Part shown: positions 1 to 9,531 of the stretch, in pieces
Numbering within the stretch: position 1 is the stretch's first letter
How the letters are laid out: each line of letters begins with the position of its first letter
Assembly: GCA_034669905.1 (NCBI GenBank)
Contig: JAXMOL010000015.1
Coordinates: 81,313 to 145,312 of the forward strand
Length of the DNA: 64,000 bases
From: Candidatus Hydrogenedentota bacterium
Lineage (GTDB): Bacteria; Hydrogenedentota; Hydrogenedentia; Hydrogenedentales; JAEUWI01
Direction of reading: 5' to 3'
Program-made: the position numbers and the translations under genes
Notes under the pieces: generated by a model
Databases searched by the model: none
The model's input: the letters and a program-made list of their open reading frames with translations, nothing else
What the model was told of the DNA's origin: nothing

Positions 1-1325
1 AGCCCGGCAGCCAGAAGGGCGAAAGCACCGATAAAGTAGATTCCTCCGGTGACCGCCATGAAGTCCCAGAGGTCGGCCTTGAGGGGATAGACGAAACTGA
101 TAAAGAGAATAAGCAGGCCGATGGCCACGACGAAGAACCGCGTCAGCAACACCGCGCCCTTATCGGAGAGCTTTTCGCCCAATAGCGGCTTGGCCACATC
201 GTTGGTGAGCACCGAACTCCAGCAGAGCAGATAGCTGTCGTGGGTGGACATGAATGCGGCGATCATGGCCGCTGTCAGCAGGCCGATAATCCCCACGGGA
301 AGAATCTGGCCCAGGAAAACAGGCATGGCATAGAGGGAGTCCAGGGTGGTGGCCCCATCTTCTCCCCCGATGAAAGCCGCCTTGAGTGCGGGGATGCCCA
401 TGATGAACACAAAGGCACAGATACCCCAGAAATAGGGGATGATATTACGAATCGCAAAGGTAATCGAAGAAAACATGAACTGCTTCTTCACCGACGCTTC
501 CGATTCCGCAGCCAGGGCCCGCGCCACCGCGGTGGGCCACAGGGCGCAGTTGACCAACCCGAGGAAAGCCATCCACATCACGTAATCGAAGCCGAAGCTA
601 CTGCCCTCCGCCACGGGGTTGAAGGCCACTTCCCCCTTCTCCGCAATGATCACGTCGAAGATGTGTCCCCAGCCCAGGTGATAGATTGCCAGCCCCGTCG
701 CCAGGAAGAGCCCGAAGGATAGGACCACGAATTGGACATAGTCCGTGAGAATCACGGAAACCATCCCGCCCATGACGGTGTAGAACAGTACCAACCCGAG
801 TAAGACGACCATAACCACGGTCAATGCGGATTCGTTCTGCATCCCGGTGATGCCCACGATGAACATGGAGCCGGCCTTCAAGAACATGCCCATGTTAAAA
901 ATGCCGCCGAAGGCGAGCATGACACCGCCGAAAATCTGGACACCCTTCCCATAACGTCGGCCGTAGTATTCGGGAATCGTGAGCACCTCTTCACGGCGCA
1001 GGCGGGTAACAATAAAGCCGGTCACACCAATAAAGAGTGCCAGGAGGCCGGATATCAGTCCAATATGAAAGGCGGCAAAGCCCCCGGTGAAGCCTTTCTG
1101 GGCACTGTACATCACAGTAACCAGCCCCATCTCCGTGCCGGTCAGGGTGGCGACGCCCAGGGCCGTGCGCACGCCTCGGCCAGCCACGATATAGTCGCTG
1201 AGGTTACCCACGTAACGGTTGGCGAAGATGCCAATGCCCACGGACAGCACGAGGTAAATCGTGACGACCCCCCAGTCCACGGCAGAAAAGTTGGTATCGG
1301 CGATAACGCTTGTCAATAACTCCAT
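1..1325 (-). CDS. Sodium:solute symporter (SSS) family protein, 3' end runs off the window
   Basis: Not in the ORF track. Manual translation from ATG 1325: MELLTSVIADTNFSAVDWGVVTIYLVLSVGIGIFANRYVGNLSDYIVAGRGV..., a typical SSS N-terminus, with later TIPEYYGRRYG and AAFMSTHDSYLL motifs; GAAGGAG upstream. Confidence 0.9.
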   Translation of the reverse strand, partial: MELLTSVIADTNFSAVDWGVVTIYLVLSVGIGIFANRYVGNLSDYIVAGRGVRTALGVATLTGTEMGLVTVMYSAQKGFTGGFAAFHIGLISGLLALFIGVTGFIVTRLRREEVLTIPEYYGRRYGKGVQIFGGVMLAFGGIFNMGMFLKAGSMFIVGITGMQNESALTVVMVVLLGLVLFYTVMGGMVSVILTDYVQFVVLSFGLFLATGLAIYHLGWGHIFDVIIAEKGEVAFNPVAEGSSFGFDYVMWMAFLGLVNCALWPTAVARALAAESEASVKKQFMFSSITFAIRNIIPYFWGICAFVFIMGIPALKAAFIGGEDGATTLDSLYAMPVFLGQILPVGIIGLLTAAMIAAFMSTHDSYLLCWSSVLTNDVAKPLLGEKLSDKGAVLLTRFFVVAIGLLILFISFVYPLKADLWDFMAVTGGIYFIGAFALLAAG

Positions 1326-1628
1326 GGGGCCGTAATTCTCCTTCCAGCCTGTCTGTTCCCACTCGTCACCTGTTGGACGGACCGGGTCACTATGCCGTCT
1401 TTTCCCGGGCAATGCAAGATTTCTGTTACGGCAAAGTGAAGGATTGGCTCGCAGAAACTGGACGACCTGCCCAGCCTCCCCTACCAAGGCATCCGATAGG
1501 CGGTTTCCCTACGAGGCGATACCGTGCTACTCGCGCTTTCCTGTGTGCGGTGCTCATGTGACGTGGGCACATCACGGATATTCGCGTTCGGATGCCCTCC
1601 CCTCGGTTGCCATGAGATGGGAACGTTT

Positions 1629-1678
1629 CCTTCCCTCCGCGCGCACGAAACCTCGTTGTGCACGGCATCGCGTGGCAC
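1629..1678. repeat. Dispersed ~50-bp repeat ending GTGGCAC, copy 1
   Basis: Core 1644-1678 matches the reverse complement of 20407-20441 at 33 of 35 positions. Confidence 0.8.
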
Positions 1679-1791
1679 AAGACGAAGCGTCGTGGTCGCT
1701 ATACCCCTGGGATCAAAAAGGCCCTAAATGGGCGAAGATTCATCTCGGACATTTTCCAGGTCATTCGGTTGCCATCTTAAAGATTTGGGGC

Positions 1792-1882
1792 TTGGGAGCG
1801 CAGGCGGCTCGCCTGCATTACGTCGAAGACGTAAGAACTACTTGCCTTCGGCCCGAGGCAGGCGGGCCGCCTGCGCTCCCAA
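1792..1882. repeat. Inverted REP doublet (REPIN-like)
   Basis: TTGGGAGCGCAGGCGGCTCGCCTGC (1792-1816) and GCAGGCGGGCCGCCTGCGCTCCCAA (1858-1882) are inverted copies with one mismatch; each is internally palindromic. Related single copy at 7096-7118. Confidence 0.85.
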
Positions 1883-2002
1883 ATGTCAAAGACTTCTTTA
1901 ATCAATAGTGGCCAAGCCGAACGTCCGTTGGCCTTTTGCAGGCACTTGCAGGCGCTGTCGTAACGAACGAGTTGGATTTGATCGAGGTCTACCTTCGCTT
2001 AT

Positions 2003-4978
2003 TCAGTTGGAAATCCAGACGGCGCCGTAGGGTGGGATTTCGATGGTGGCCTCGATATCCTTGTACACGGTGCCGCTGAGCAGGTCACGCCACGTGTCGG
2101 TCGCAATGAGGTTAAGCTCCACCATGGGGATTTTTTGCACCCGGTCCGACACGTTGTGGAGGGCAAAAATGTTTTGATGCCGGGAACGGCTCTCCCGCCA
2201 GAAGGCAAAGACTTCGGTGCCGAAGTGAAGGGTGTATTGGGTCGCATTGGGGTGGAAGGCTTCCTGATTGCGCCGAATATTGATACGCCGCTTGAGTTCG
2301 TCCAGCACCGCACGGTGGTGACGGGTGGGATCCGCCAAGGCTTCTTCCAGGTCTTCGGCCTGCCAACGACGCCGATTGATGGAGCGGGCACGCCCGGTCT
2401 CGGCCGCAAGTGCATAGTCATTTTCTGTGCCGAGCAGGCTGTGTATGTAGATGCCGGGCACGCCCTCCAGGGCCAGCAGTATGGTGTGGGCACAAATAAA
2501 TCGGTCCTGCTGAAACGCATCAGGTCCCTGTGAAATCGTGCCCTTCAAGGCATCGTAGAGGGAGATGTTCACCTCGTAGGGCTTGTCTTCCCCATCGGGC
2601 ATGCGGCGGGTTGAGACCGTACCGCCAAAGGATTGCAGGGTCTCCAGCAGGGAGGACAACTGGGTGTCACTGAGGAGCCCCTCAGCGGGCCGCACCCCAA
2701 TGCCATCATGGGACGCGATAAAATTGAAATAGGTTCGGCCCTGCCGTGCCGGGGGCATGGACATCATCCAGGTCTTCAGGTGGGTGCAGTCCCCCGTCAG
2801 AAAAGCGTTCAGCAGCAGCGGCGGCAAGGAAAAATTATAGATCAGGTGGGCTTCATTTTCGTTGCCGAAGTAGCTCAGGTTTTCCCGATTGGGCACGTTG
2901 GTTTCGGTGATGATCACCGTCTCGGGCTCGAGGTTTTCGAGTATGAGCCGCAGCAGCTTGATGAGCTCATGGGTCTGGCGCAGATGGACACAGGTCGTGC
3001 CGGACTCTTTCCAGATGAAGGCGACCGCATCCAAGCGGAAAAGCCGGATACCCCGTCGCAAGTGCTTCCGCAGCACCCGCACCATCTCATAGAGCACTTC
3101 CGGATTCGAGTAGTTCAGGTCGACCTGATCCTCGCCGAAAGTACACCACACCTCCCGCTCGCCATTGACCGTTTTCACCTTGGTGAGCAAGGGCGTCGAG
3201 CGCGGACGCACCACCTGGGTCAAATCGTCGTCTGGCCCGGGCTCGATAAAATAGCCCCGCCCGGGGTCTTTGTCTTGGAGGTAGTTTTGAAACCATAGGC
3301 TCTGTCGAGAACAGTGGTTCAAGACCAGATCGGACATGAGCTTGAAGTCGTTACCAATACGCTCGATGTCTTCCCAGCTGCCCAGGTCGGGATTCACGGC
3401 GTGGTAGTCGATGATAGAAAAGCCGTCGTCCGAGCTATAGGGAAAGAAGGGAAGGACGTGCACGCCACTGAGGGTGTCTTTCAACTCGCGCCGTAAGAAC
3501 CGGTGCAGGGTCTTGAGGGGTGCCTCTCCCTCTTTGAGCAACGTATCACCGTAGGTAATGGTCAACACATCCGTCTGATTCCACTTATTCACCCCTCCCG
3601 TAGAGCTGGTGGCGTAGCCCTGAATCTCGGACTCTTTCAACAGGGTATCGGTAACGGTCTCGACCTGATCCGGGCCGTAGATTTCTTCCACATGGCGCTC
3701 GACCCGCTGGCGAAGCCGTTGGGCGTCGGGGTGGCGCGTGGGATCGGCCACATTGGTGGAACCGAACTCCTGGGCATCGGCCTCCACCGCACGGACCAAC
3801 TGTTGGTAAATATCTGGCATTGCCGAGATAACCCGCTTCCAACTCGGCATGAAGGGCGCCTCCATGGACTTCGTCAAAAAGTCCTGGCCGGCCTCCATAA
3901 TGTTTTGGGAGAAGAGCTCGATGGCCTGAATCTCACTGTGCCGATCGTAGCGCAGCCCATTGAAAACCGCGTCATTCTCATAGCTCTCCACCAGGTCGAT
4001 GGCAATGCGGTAGTAAGACGCCTTGATCGTCCGAATACGTTCGGCGGAAAACACTTCGCCCTGGGTAGCCATCTTCCGGAAGAGCGACTTGGCAATATCG
4101 CTGCTCATGCGGGACAGGCCTTTGGCCTTGTCTTCCAGCGACAAATCCTGGTGCTTGTGGTCATAGGTGTCGGCCACATCGACCTGACAAATCTGGCTGG
4201 TGGCATAGTTACGGTACATCTCGGAAAGGATGCCCATTTCCAGGCCCCAGTCGGACGGGATGTGAATATCTTCAATGACGTCGCGCTGCAGGGCAAATTC
4301 ACCGGCCAGGGCATAGCGAAAGCTGTCGAGGTAATCGAGGTAACGGTTTTGTCCGCACACCGTACCCAGGGCCCGCACGAGGGGCGTGACCAGGAGGCGA
4401 CAGACCCGCCCATGCATGGACTGATTGGCGATGCGCGAGTAGTAGCCCTTACAGAACTTATAGCTGAAACGGGGATTGGCCACCGGGTAAATCAGCCGGG
4501 CGAGCATGTCGCGCTTATAGGTCACAATATCGCAGTCATGGAGCGCAACGGACTTGGCCTTGCCGGTGGCTAGGATGTAGCCAAACATGTACCACACATT
4601 ACGACCCTTGCCCGGCTCTTTGGGCGCGAGCCCGTGGGATTGGAGCAGTGCATCGATGGCGCGGAGGCGGGGGCCGTCATTCCACAAGACCGTGGGACGC
4701 TGGGGCAAGCGATTGAAGAATTCGAGGGCATGTCGGAACTGACTCTCGTCGGCGCGGTCGAGTCCGATGACGAGCTGGTCGAGGTAGGACACTTTGCACA
4801 ATTCATCGACAATGGACGAAAGCGCGGGCCCCTCCAACTCGGAGTAGAGCGACGGTAAGATAAGCGCCATGGGGTCGGTCTTTCGAATCTCGAGGAGTTC
4901 CGTCTCCAGATCTTCGAGGGACCGGGTGTTCAGCTGGTGCAGTGCGGTGACGATACCGTGTTGATGAAAATCCGCCAT
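2003..4978 (-). CDS. Fusion of glucosyl-3-phosphoglycerate synthase-like glycosyltransferase and GH13_18 sucrose-phosphorylase-family enzyme (probable glucosylglycerate phosphorylase)
   Basis: First ~405 aa: MADFHQHG start, GKGRNVW, HDCDI, YALAGEF, DWGLEMG, YDHKHQ (GpgS-type). Remainder: GVHVLPFFPYSSDDGF, DLVLNH, RLDAVAF, ITETN, ASHDGIG (GH13_18 catalytic motifs). Confidence 0.85.
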   Translation of the reverse strand: MADFHQHGIVTALHQLNTRSLEDLETELLEIRKTDPMALILPSLYSELEGPALSSIVDELCKVSYLDQLVIGLDRADESQFRHALEFFNRLPQRPTVLWNDGPRLRAIDALLQSHGLAPKEPGKGRNVWYMFGYILATGKAKSVALHDCDIVTYKRDMLARLIYPVANPRFSYKFCKGYYSRIANQSMHGRVCRLLVTPLVRALGTVCGQNRYLDYLDSFRYALAGEFALQRDVIEDIHIPSDWGLEMGILSEMYRNYATSQICQVDVADTYDHKHQDLSLEDKAKGLSRMSSDIAKSLFRKMATQGEVFSAERIRTIKASYYRIAIDLVESYENDAVFNGLRYDRHSEIQAIELFSQNIMEAGQDFLTKSMEAPFMPSWKRVISAMPDIYQQLVRAVEADAQEFGSTNVADPTRHPDAQRLRQRVERHVEEIYGPDQVETVTDTLLKESEIQGYATSSTGGVNKWNQTDVLTITYGDTLLKEGEAPLKTLHRFLRRELKDTLSGVHVLPFFPYSSDDGFSIIDYHAVNPDLGSWEDIERIGNDFKLMSDLVLNHCSRQSLWFQNYLQDKDPGRGYFIEPGPDDDLTQVVRPRSTPLLTKVKTVNGEREVWCTFGEDQVDLNYSNPEVLYEMVRVLRKHLRRGIRLFRLDAVAFIWKESGTTCVHLRQTHELIKLLRLILENLEPETVIITETNVPNRENLSYFGNENEAHLIYNFSLPPLLLNAFLTGDCTHLKTWMMSMPPARQGRTYFNFIASHDGIGVRPAEGLLSDTQLSSLLETLQSFGGTVSTRRMPDGEDKPYEVNISLYDALKGTISQGPDAFQQDRFICAHTILLALEGVPGIYIHSLLGTENDYALAAETGRARSINRRRWQAEDLEEALADPTRHHRAVLDELKRRINIRRNQEAFHPNATQYTLHFGTEVFAFWRESRSRHQNIFALHNVSDRVQKIPMVELNLIATDTWRDLLSGTVYKDIEATIEIPPYGAVWISN

Positions 4979-4990
4979 GGTGATAGGTTC

Positions 4991-5857
4991 CTAGACATGG
5001 TGTTGATACGGCTCAAGGAGTTGCAGCAGGGCCTGATTCCATCCGGTGGGTCCCGGTTCCGACGCGTGAATGATGCGCGGCGCGGTGGGTGTTAAGCCCG
5101 CCGGGTGGCGTGGATTGGGAATGACGACGGCAGTATGGGCCGCCGAGAGCATCTCCAAATCGTTGGGGCTATCGCCCAGGGCCACCACGTGCCATTCCAT
5201 GTCTGGATTCAGTTCCTGATAAAGTTCTACTACCCGTTTTAAACCCATTGCCTTGTCTATGTTGCCCATGAGGTGAATGAATCGGCCACCCTTGATCGTG
5301 CGGACCCCTTCCGCCTTCAGCTCCGACTCGAAACGCTCCCACAGCGCCTCCTCGTCGTGCCAGAGGATCGGCTCCGTCGCCAGACGGGCCATGGAATGGG
5401 TCGCTTGTGCGACGTTCAATCCGGTGTGTTCAATAACCTGTTCTACCGACCAATCGGCGAAGCCCTCAAACTGATAGCCTTCCCGCTGACGGAGTCTATG
5501 GGCGTGGTCCACGATGGCTTTCCGCGTCAACCCGTTAAACTCGATGCCGTAGGGCCCCACCTGCTCCGTCCCAAAAGGAGCGGCAGACACATTGGCTTCG
5601 GGTGGCACGGCCACGACCGCACCATTTTCCGCGATGAGGGGTGCGTTGGTGCCCAGTTCAGCGGCAATACCCGTCATCTCATCGAGGGTCTTGCTCGAAC
5701 TCAAGACCAGGGGAAAACCCAAGGCGGCGAGGAGCCCCAGGGCCGGCCTGGCGGCCTCCCAGGAATAGGCGTCATCGAGCAGGGTGCCGTCCAGGTCACT
5801 GAAGACAAGAAGGCCCGGATGGATGGAAGAAAGGTCTGGTTCCGGTAATACATTCAT
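4991..5857 (-). CDS. HAD-IIB mannosyl/glucosyl-3-phosphoglycerate phosphatase (MpgP/GpgP family)
   Basis: FSDLDGTLL motif I, SSSKT, IAENGA, GGRFIHL, GDSPND; 12 bp upstream of the synthase fusion. Start could be 5857 (ATG) or 5863 (GTG). Confidence 0.88.
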   Translation of the reverse strand: MNVLPEPDLSSIHPGLLVFSDLDGTLLDDAYSWEAARPALGLLAALGFPLVLSSSKTLDEMTGIAAELGTNAPLIAENGAVVAVPPEANVSAAPFGTEQVGPYGIEFNGLTRKAIVDHAHRLRQREGYQFEGFADWSVEQVIEHTGLNVAQATHSMARLATEPILWHDEEALWERFESELKAEGVRTIKGGRFIHLMGNIDKAMGLKRVVELYQELNPDMEWHVVALGDSPNDLEMLSAAHTAVVIPNPRHPAGLTPTAPRIIHASEPGPTGWNQALLQLLEPYQHHV

Positions 5858-5945
5858 CGGCACTATTGTAGCCGACCGGGCCGGGTGAAGGGTAACTCGT
5901 GGCGGGTAACGGGGTGGTATGCAGTCTGCCCCCCCGCATGCACCA

Positions 5946-6133
5946 CGGGTGCCACCCTCAAGCGGAGGAGGGAAGCGGGGGAAGCTTGTGGGTGAGAATC
6001 ATAACTTCACGTCCATCCCCCACATATCACCTTCCGTAGAGTCCAGAAAGACACGTCTACTCACATAACCGCAGTCCACCCCACACTCACAAGCTCCCGC
6101 CGCAGGGCGGCGCTCGCTTGAGGGTGGCACCCC
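5946..6133. repeat. Inverted REP doublet downstream of the RAYT gene
   Basis: Type 1 copy CGGGTGCCACCCTCAAGCGGAGGAG...AAGCTTGTGGGTG at 5946-5994; inverted type 2 copy ...CACAAGCTCCCGCCGCAGGGCGGCGCTCGCTTGAGGGTGGCACCC at 6081-6133. Confidence 0.9.
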
Positions 6134-6222
6134 GGAGACATGAATAATGGTCGAGCTATGCAATGAGCCAATATGTCTCTAACCAAAAGACAAACACCTC
6201 TTGGCTTCCATCAAAGCAACTG

Positions 6223-6271
6223 CGGGTGCCACCCTCAAGCGGAGGAGCGAAGCGGGGGAAGCTTGTGGGTG
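6223..6271 (+). repeat. REP type 1, abutting the RAYT stop codon
   Basis: Near-identical to 5946-5994. Confidence 0.9.
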
Positions 6272-6297
6272 CGTGTCTGCACGTCAGCTCAGTTCCT

Positions 6298-6858
6298 TCA
6301 AAACGGAAAAGAGTCCAAATCCAATCGCAAGAGCCCCGAGCCCGCCTCCTCCCACTCACGGGCACTCGACCACACCCAGTCTTCCGGGGATACAACCAAC
6401 TCACGGCGCACAGGATTGTTGTGGATATAGTTCACCATGAATTCCAACGTTTCGGTCTTGAGTACGTTTCGGTCATAGCCCGGCCCGTCCATCCAGAAGG
6501 CATAGGGCGTATCAGGCATTCCGGTGGCGAGCAGTCTTAACCCCTCTGGATTATGGCGACGAAGGTAGTTGATAGCTTTTCGTGCCACAGATTGCTTAAA
6601 GGATTTTAGTAAGGCCGACATGTCATATTTGTCTGGGCGGGGAAAAACGATTAGATGCACATGCTCGGGCATGATGACGTAGGCCCAAAGGTCGAAATCG
6701 TATTGCTTGGGAAACCTTTTTAGCGCATCAATGACGTATTGGCGGGTCCTGTCTTTGCTGAGGAATTTTCGATACTGGAAGCACGTAAAGGTAAGCTCGT
6801 GTGGCTCACCGGGTGTATTAAAAGTAGTTCTGGTCTTTCGGTGATGTGAGTCGTTCAT
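6298..6858 (-). mobile_element. REP-associated tyrosine transposase (RAYT, HUH/Y1 IS200-like superfamily)
   Basis: HELTFTC, AYVIMPEHVHL (HUH), SFKQ, YIHNNPVRRELV..PEDWVWSS (catalytic Tyr and RAYT-type C-terminus); flanked by REPs; more AT-rich than neighbours. Confidence 0.9.
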
Positions 6859-6941
6859 AGCCTGCCCCTGAATGATAATCTCGCGTGCTCCAACGCTACC
6901 ACAATTTTACGTGTGAGAGTATCCAGTGTATCTAGCTCGCT

Positions 6942-6993
6942 CCACACCCACAAGCTCCCGCCGCGGGGCGGCTCTCGCTTGAGGGTGGCACCC
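6942..6993 (-). repeat. REP type 2, upstream of the RAYT gene
   Basis: Near-identical to 6081-6133. Confidence 0.9.
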
Positions 6994-7152
6994 CAAAGAC
7001 GTGAAGGATTCAGTTAAGTCATGAAAAGGGCGGTTACCTCGCTGGACGCAGCACTGACTTCCCAAGGTCGCCTATCAAACCAACCACGGCTACCCTGCCG
7101 GCGGGCCGCCGGCGCTCCATAGGATTGCTCTTGACGACCTCAAGCGTTTCCG

Positions 7153-8202
7153 CTACCCCACGATCTCCCGCAAGGCCGTGAGCAGCTCGTTGCATTCGTC
7201 ATCGGTACCGATAGTAATGCGGAGGGCATTCTCCAGGCGGCGGTGGTCGAAATAACGGACCAAAATTCCCCGCTCGCGGAGTTGCTGAAAAATTTCTTTG
7301 GCGGTGGGTGTACCGTTCCAATGGGCCAGCACGAAGTTGGTCTGGGAATCGGGCACGTCGAAGCCGAGGGTAATCAGTTCCTGACGGACGCGCTCGCGGG
7401 TAACGCAGACGGCCCCGGCATTCATTTCCATGTGGGCGTAGTCGTCCATGGCCATAAGCCCCACCAACTGGCTGATGGCATTCATGTTGTAGGAGTCTTT
7501 GGTCTTGGCGAATTCGGCCATGATGTCGGGGTTGGCGACGGCTGTACCAATACGCATGCCCGCCAGACTGAAGGACTTGGAAAAGGTCCGCATCACGATG
7601 GCATTGTCGAAGCGCTGGGGAAAATCCATACAGCTGTCGTCGGCAAAGTCCACGTAGGCCTCGTCAATGACCACGATACCGTCGAACTCGGTGCACAGGC
7701 GCTCTACCGACTCCCGGGGCACGGCCACGCCGGTGGGGGCATTGGGCCGGGTCAGGAGACACAAACGGGCGGGCGTGTTGTAGAATTCCTCGGTGAGTTG
7801 ATAGTCCTCATCGAGGTCCACATAGGTCAACGCACAGCCATGGAGCTGGCAAAGGATTTCATAGAGCGAATAGGTCGGGTAGGTGGCCAGCACCGCATCG
7901 CCGGGATCCACAAAGGTCCGCAACACGAGGGCGAGCAACTCATCCATGCCGTTGCCGATGACGACCCAATCGGGGCTGTCGTAACCATAGCGGGCCGCAC
8001 AGATCTCACGGAGCTGGGTCGACACGGGGTCGGGATATTTCCGCAACCACTCGGGGTCGAATTTCTCAAAGACTTCGGCCACGCGGGGGGACGGCGGATA
8101 GGGATTCTCGTTGGTGTTCAGCTTAATGAGCCGTTGCCCCCGGGGCTGCTCGCCGGGCACATAGCCGTGGACGTCTTTCAAAATATCGCGGCCATACTTC
8201 AC
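7153..8202 (-). CDS. hisC: Histidinol-phosphate aminotransferase
   Basis: KLNTNENPYPPS, DEAYVDF, RTFSKSFSLAGMRIG (PLP Lys); GTGA overlap with hisD. Confidence 0.95.
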   Translation of the reverse strand: MKYGRDILKDVHGYVPGEQPRGQRLIKLNTNENPYPPSPRVAEVFEKFDPEWLRKYPDPVSTQLREICAARYGYDSPDWVVIGNGMDELLALVLRTFVDPGDAVLATYPTYSLYEILCQLHGCALTYVDLDEDYQLTEEFYNTPARLCLLTRPNAPTGVAVPRESVERLCTEFDGIVVIDEAYVDFADDSCMDFPQRFDNAIVMRTFSKSFSLAGMRIGTAVANPDIMAEFAKTKDSYNMNAISQLVGLMAMDDYAHMEMNAGAVCVTRERVRQELITLGFDVPDSQTNFVLAHWNGTPTAKEIFQQLRERGILVRYFDHRRLENALRITIGTDDECNELLTALREIVG

Positions 8203-9506
8203 GATTGGCGTACCTCAATGGACCGGGCGTGGGCCTGGAGTTCCTCGGCCTCGGCAAATTCACGGATGTCGGCGGCGTCTTTTTCGAGGCGCTCGCGGGA
8301 GTAATACAGCACACTGGTGACCTTGCGGAAATCTTCTGCCGTGAGGGGCGAAGAGAATCGCGCTTTCCGGCCGGTGGGCAGGATGTGATTGGGCCCGGCG
8401 TAGTAGTCGCCCACGGCCACGGGGGTCATGGGACCGAGCATCATGGCACCGGCGTGTTTGATCTTGTCCACCAGATTGCGGGGATATTCGACCTGCACAC
8501 TGAGGTGCTCGGGCGCATAGAGGTTGGTGAGTTCAACCGCTTCTTCCATGGTCCGGGTCTGGATCATAACCCCACAATTCGCGAGGGACTGTTCAATAAT
8601 CGCCTTACGGGGCAACTTGGCCGTCTCTTTCGTGAGACAGGCCGTGACCTCTTCGATGAGGCGCTCGGAGGGGGTAATCAAGACCGCCGTCGCCTCTTCA
8701 TCGTGTTCGGCCTGGGCGAGCATTTCGGCCGCCACAAAAGCGGGATTGGCATGGTCATCGGCCAGGACCACCACCTCGGAAGGTCCGGCTTCACTGTCGA
8801 TTTCCACGGTGCCCCGCACGAGGGCCTTGGCGGCGGTGACGAAGGTATTGCCCGGACCGGTGATCTTGGTGACTGACGGTATGGTTTCGGTGCCATAGGC
8901 GAGGGCCGCGATGGACTGGGCTCCCCCGACGCGAAAAATTCGTGTGGCACCGGCAATCTTCGCAGCGGCCAGCACGACGGGGTGGATGGTGCCCTGGTAG
9001 GAAGGCGGCGAGACCATGACGATCTCTTTTACGCCGGCCACCCGGGCCGGCACGATATTCATCAAGACGGAGGACGGGTAGAAGGCCTTGCCACCGGGCA
9101 CGTAGACGCCGGCACTCTCGATGGCGGTGATGCGTTGCCCTAAGACCGTGCCGTCTTCCTGGGTCTCTTCCCAGGATTCCCGGAGGGATTTGCTGTGAAA
9201 GCTGCGGATGTTTTCGTGGGCCCGCTCGAGAATCTGACGCATCCGGGGCGCAATAGAGGCCAGGGCCGCATCGATTTCGGCCGGCGTGATTTCAAACTGA
9301 TCGGGCGTCAGGGCCACCCCATCAAAACGCTCGGTAAATTCCGCCAGCGCGGTGTCGCCCTGGGCACGGACCACATCGACGATGCTGCGCGTTGCATCGA
9401 GTTTATCCTGGATATCCTGCCCAACCTGCTGACTGTCGCCGTGCCCCATGACAAAGGTCTTCACCTCCGCCAGGCTGGCGTCATCTCGCACCACGAATGA
9501 TTTCAT
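8199..9506 (-). CDS. hisD: Histidinol dehydrogenase
   Basis: GVYVPGG, GGAQSIAALAYG, GPGN, AGPSE, QAEHD, APEHL, GDYYAGPNHILPT. Confidence 0.97.
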   Translation of the reverse strand: MKSFVVRDDASLAEVKTFVMGHGDSQQVGQDIQDKLDATRSIVDVVRAQGDTALAEFTERFDGVALTPDQFEITPAEIDAALASIAPRMRQILERAHENIRSFHSKSLRESWEETQEDGTVLGQRITAIESAGVYVPGGKAFYPSSVLMNIVPARVAGVKEIVMVSPPSYQGTIHPVVLAAAKIAGATRIFRVGGAQSIAALAYGTETIPSVTKITGPGNTFVTAAKALVRGTVEIDSEAGPSEVVVLADDHANPAFVAAEMLAQAEHDEEATAVLITPSERLIEEVTACLTKETAKLPRKAIIEQSLANCGVMIQTRTMEEAVELTNLYAPEHLSVQVEYPRNLVDKIKHAGAMMLGPMTPVAVGDYYAGPNHILPTGRKARFSSPLTAEDFRKVTSVLYYSRERLEKDAADIREFAEAEELQAHARSIEVRQS

Positions 9507-9531
9507 GCTTATTCCTGTCCTGGCGGTGCGC

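Noticed and set aside
240..1908. Short ORFs listed in the track
   Set aside because: They are antisense to the SSS symporter or lie over intergenic repeats, with no coding signals.
6298..6858. IS200/IS605 element with TnpB or an RNA-guided nuclease
   Set aside because: No tnpB or iscB adjacent; C-terminal motifs and flanking REPs fit RAYT.
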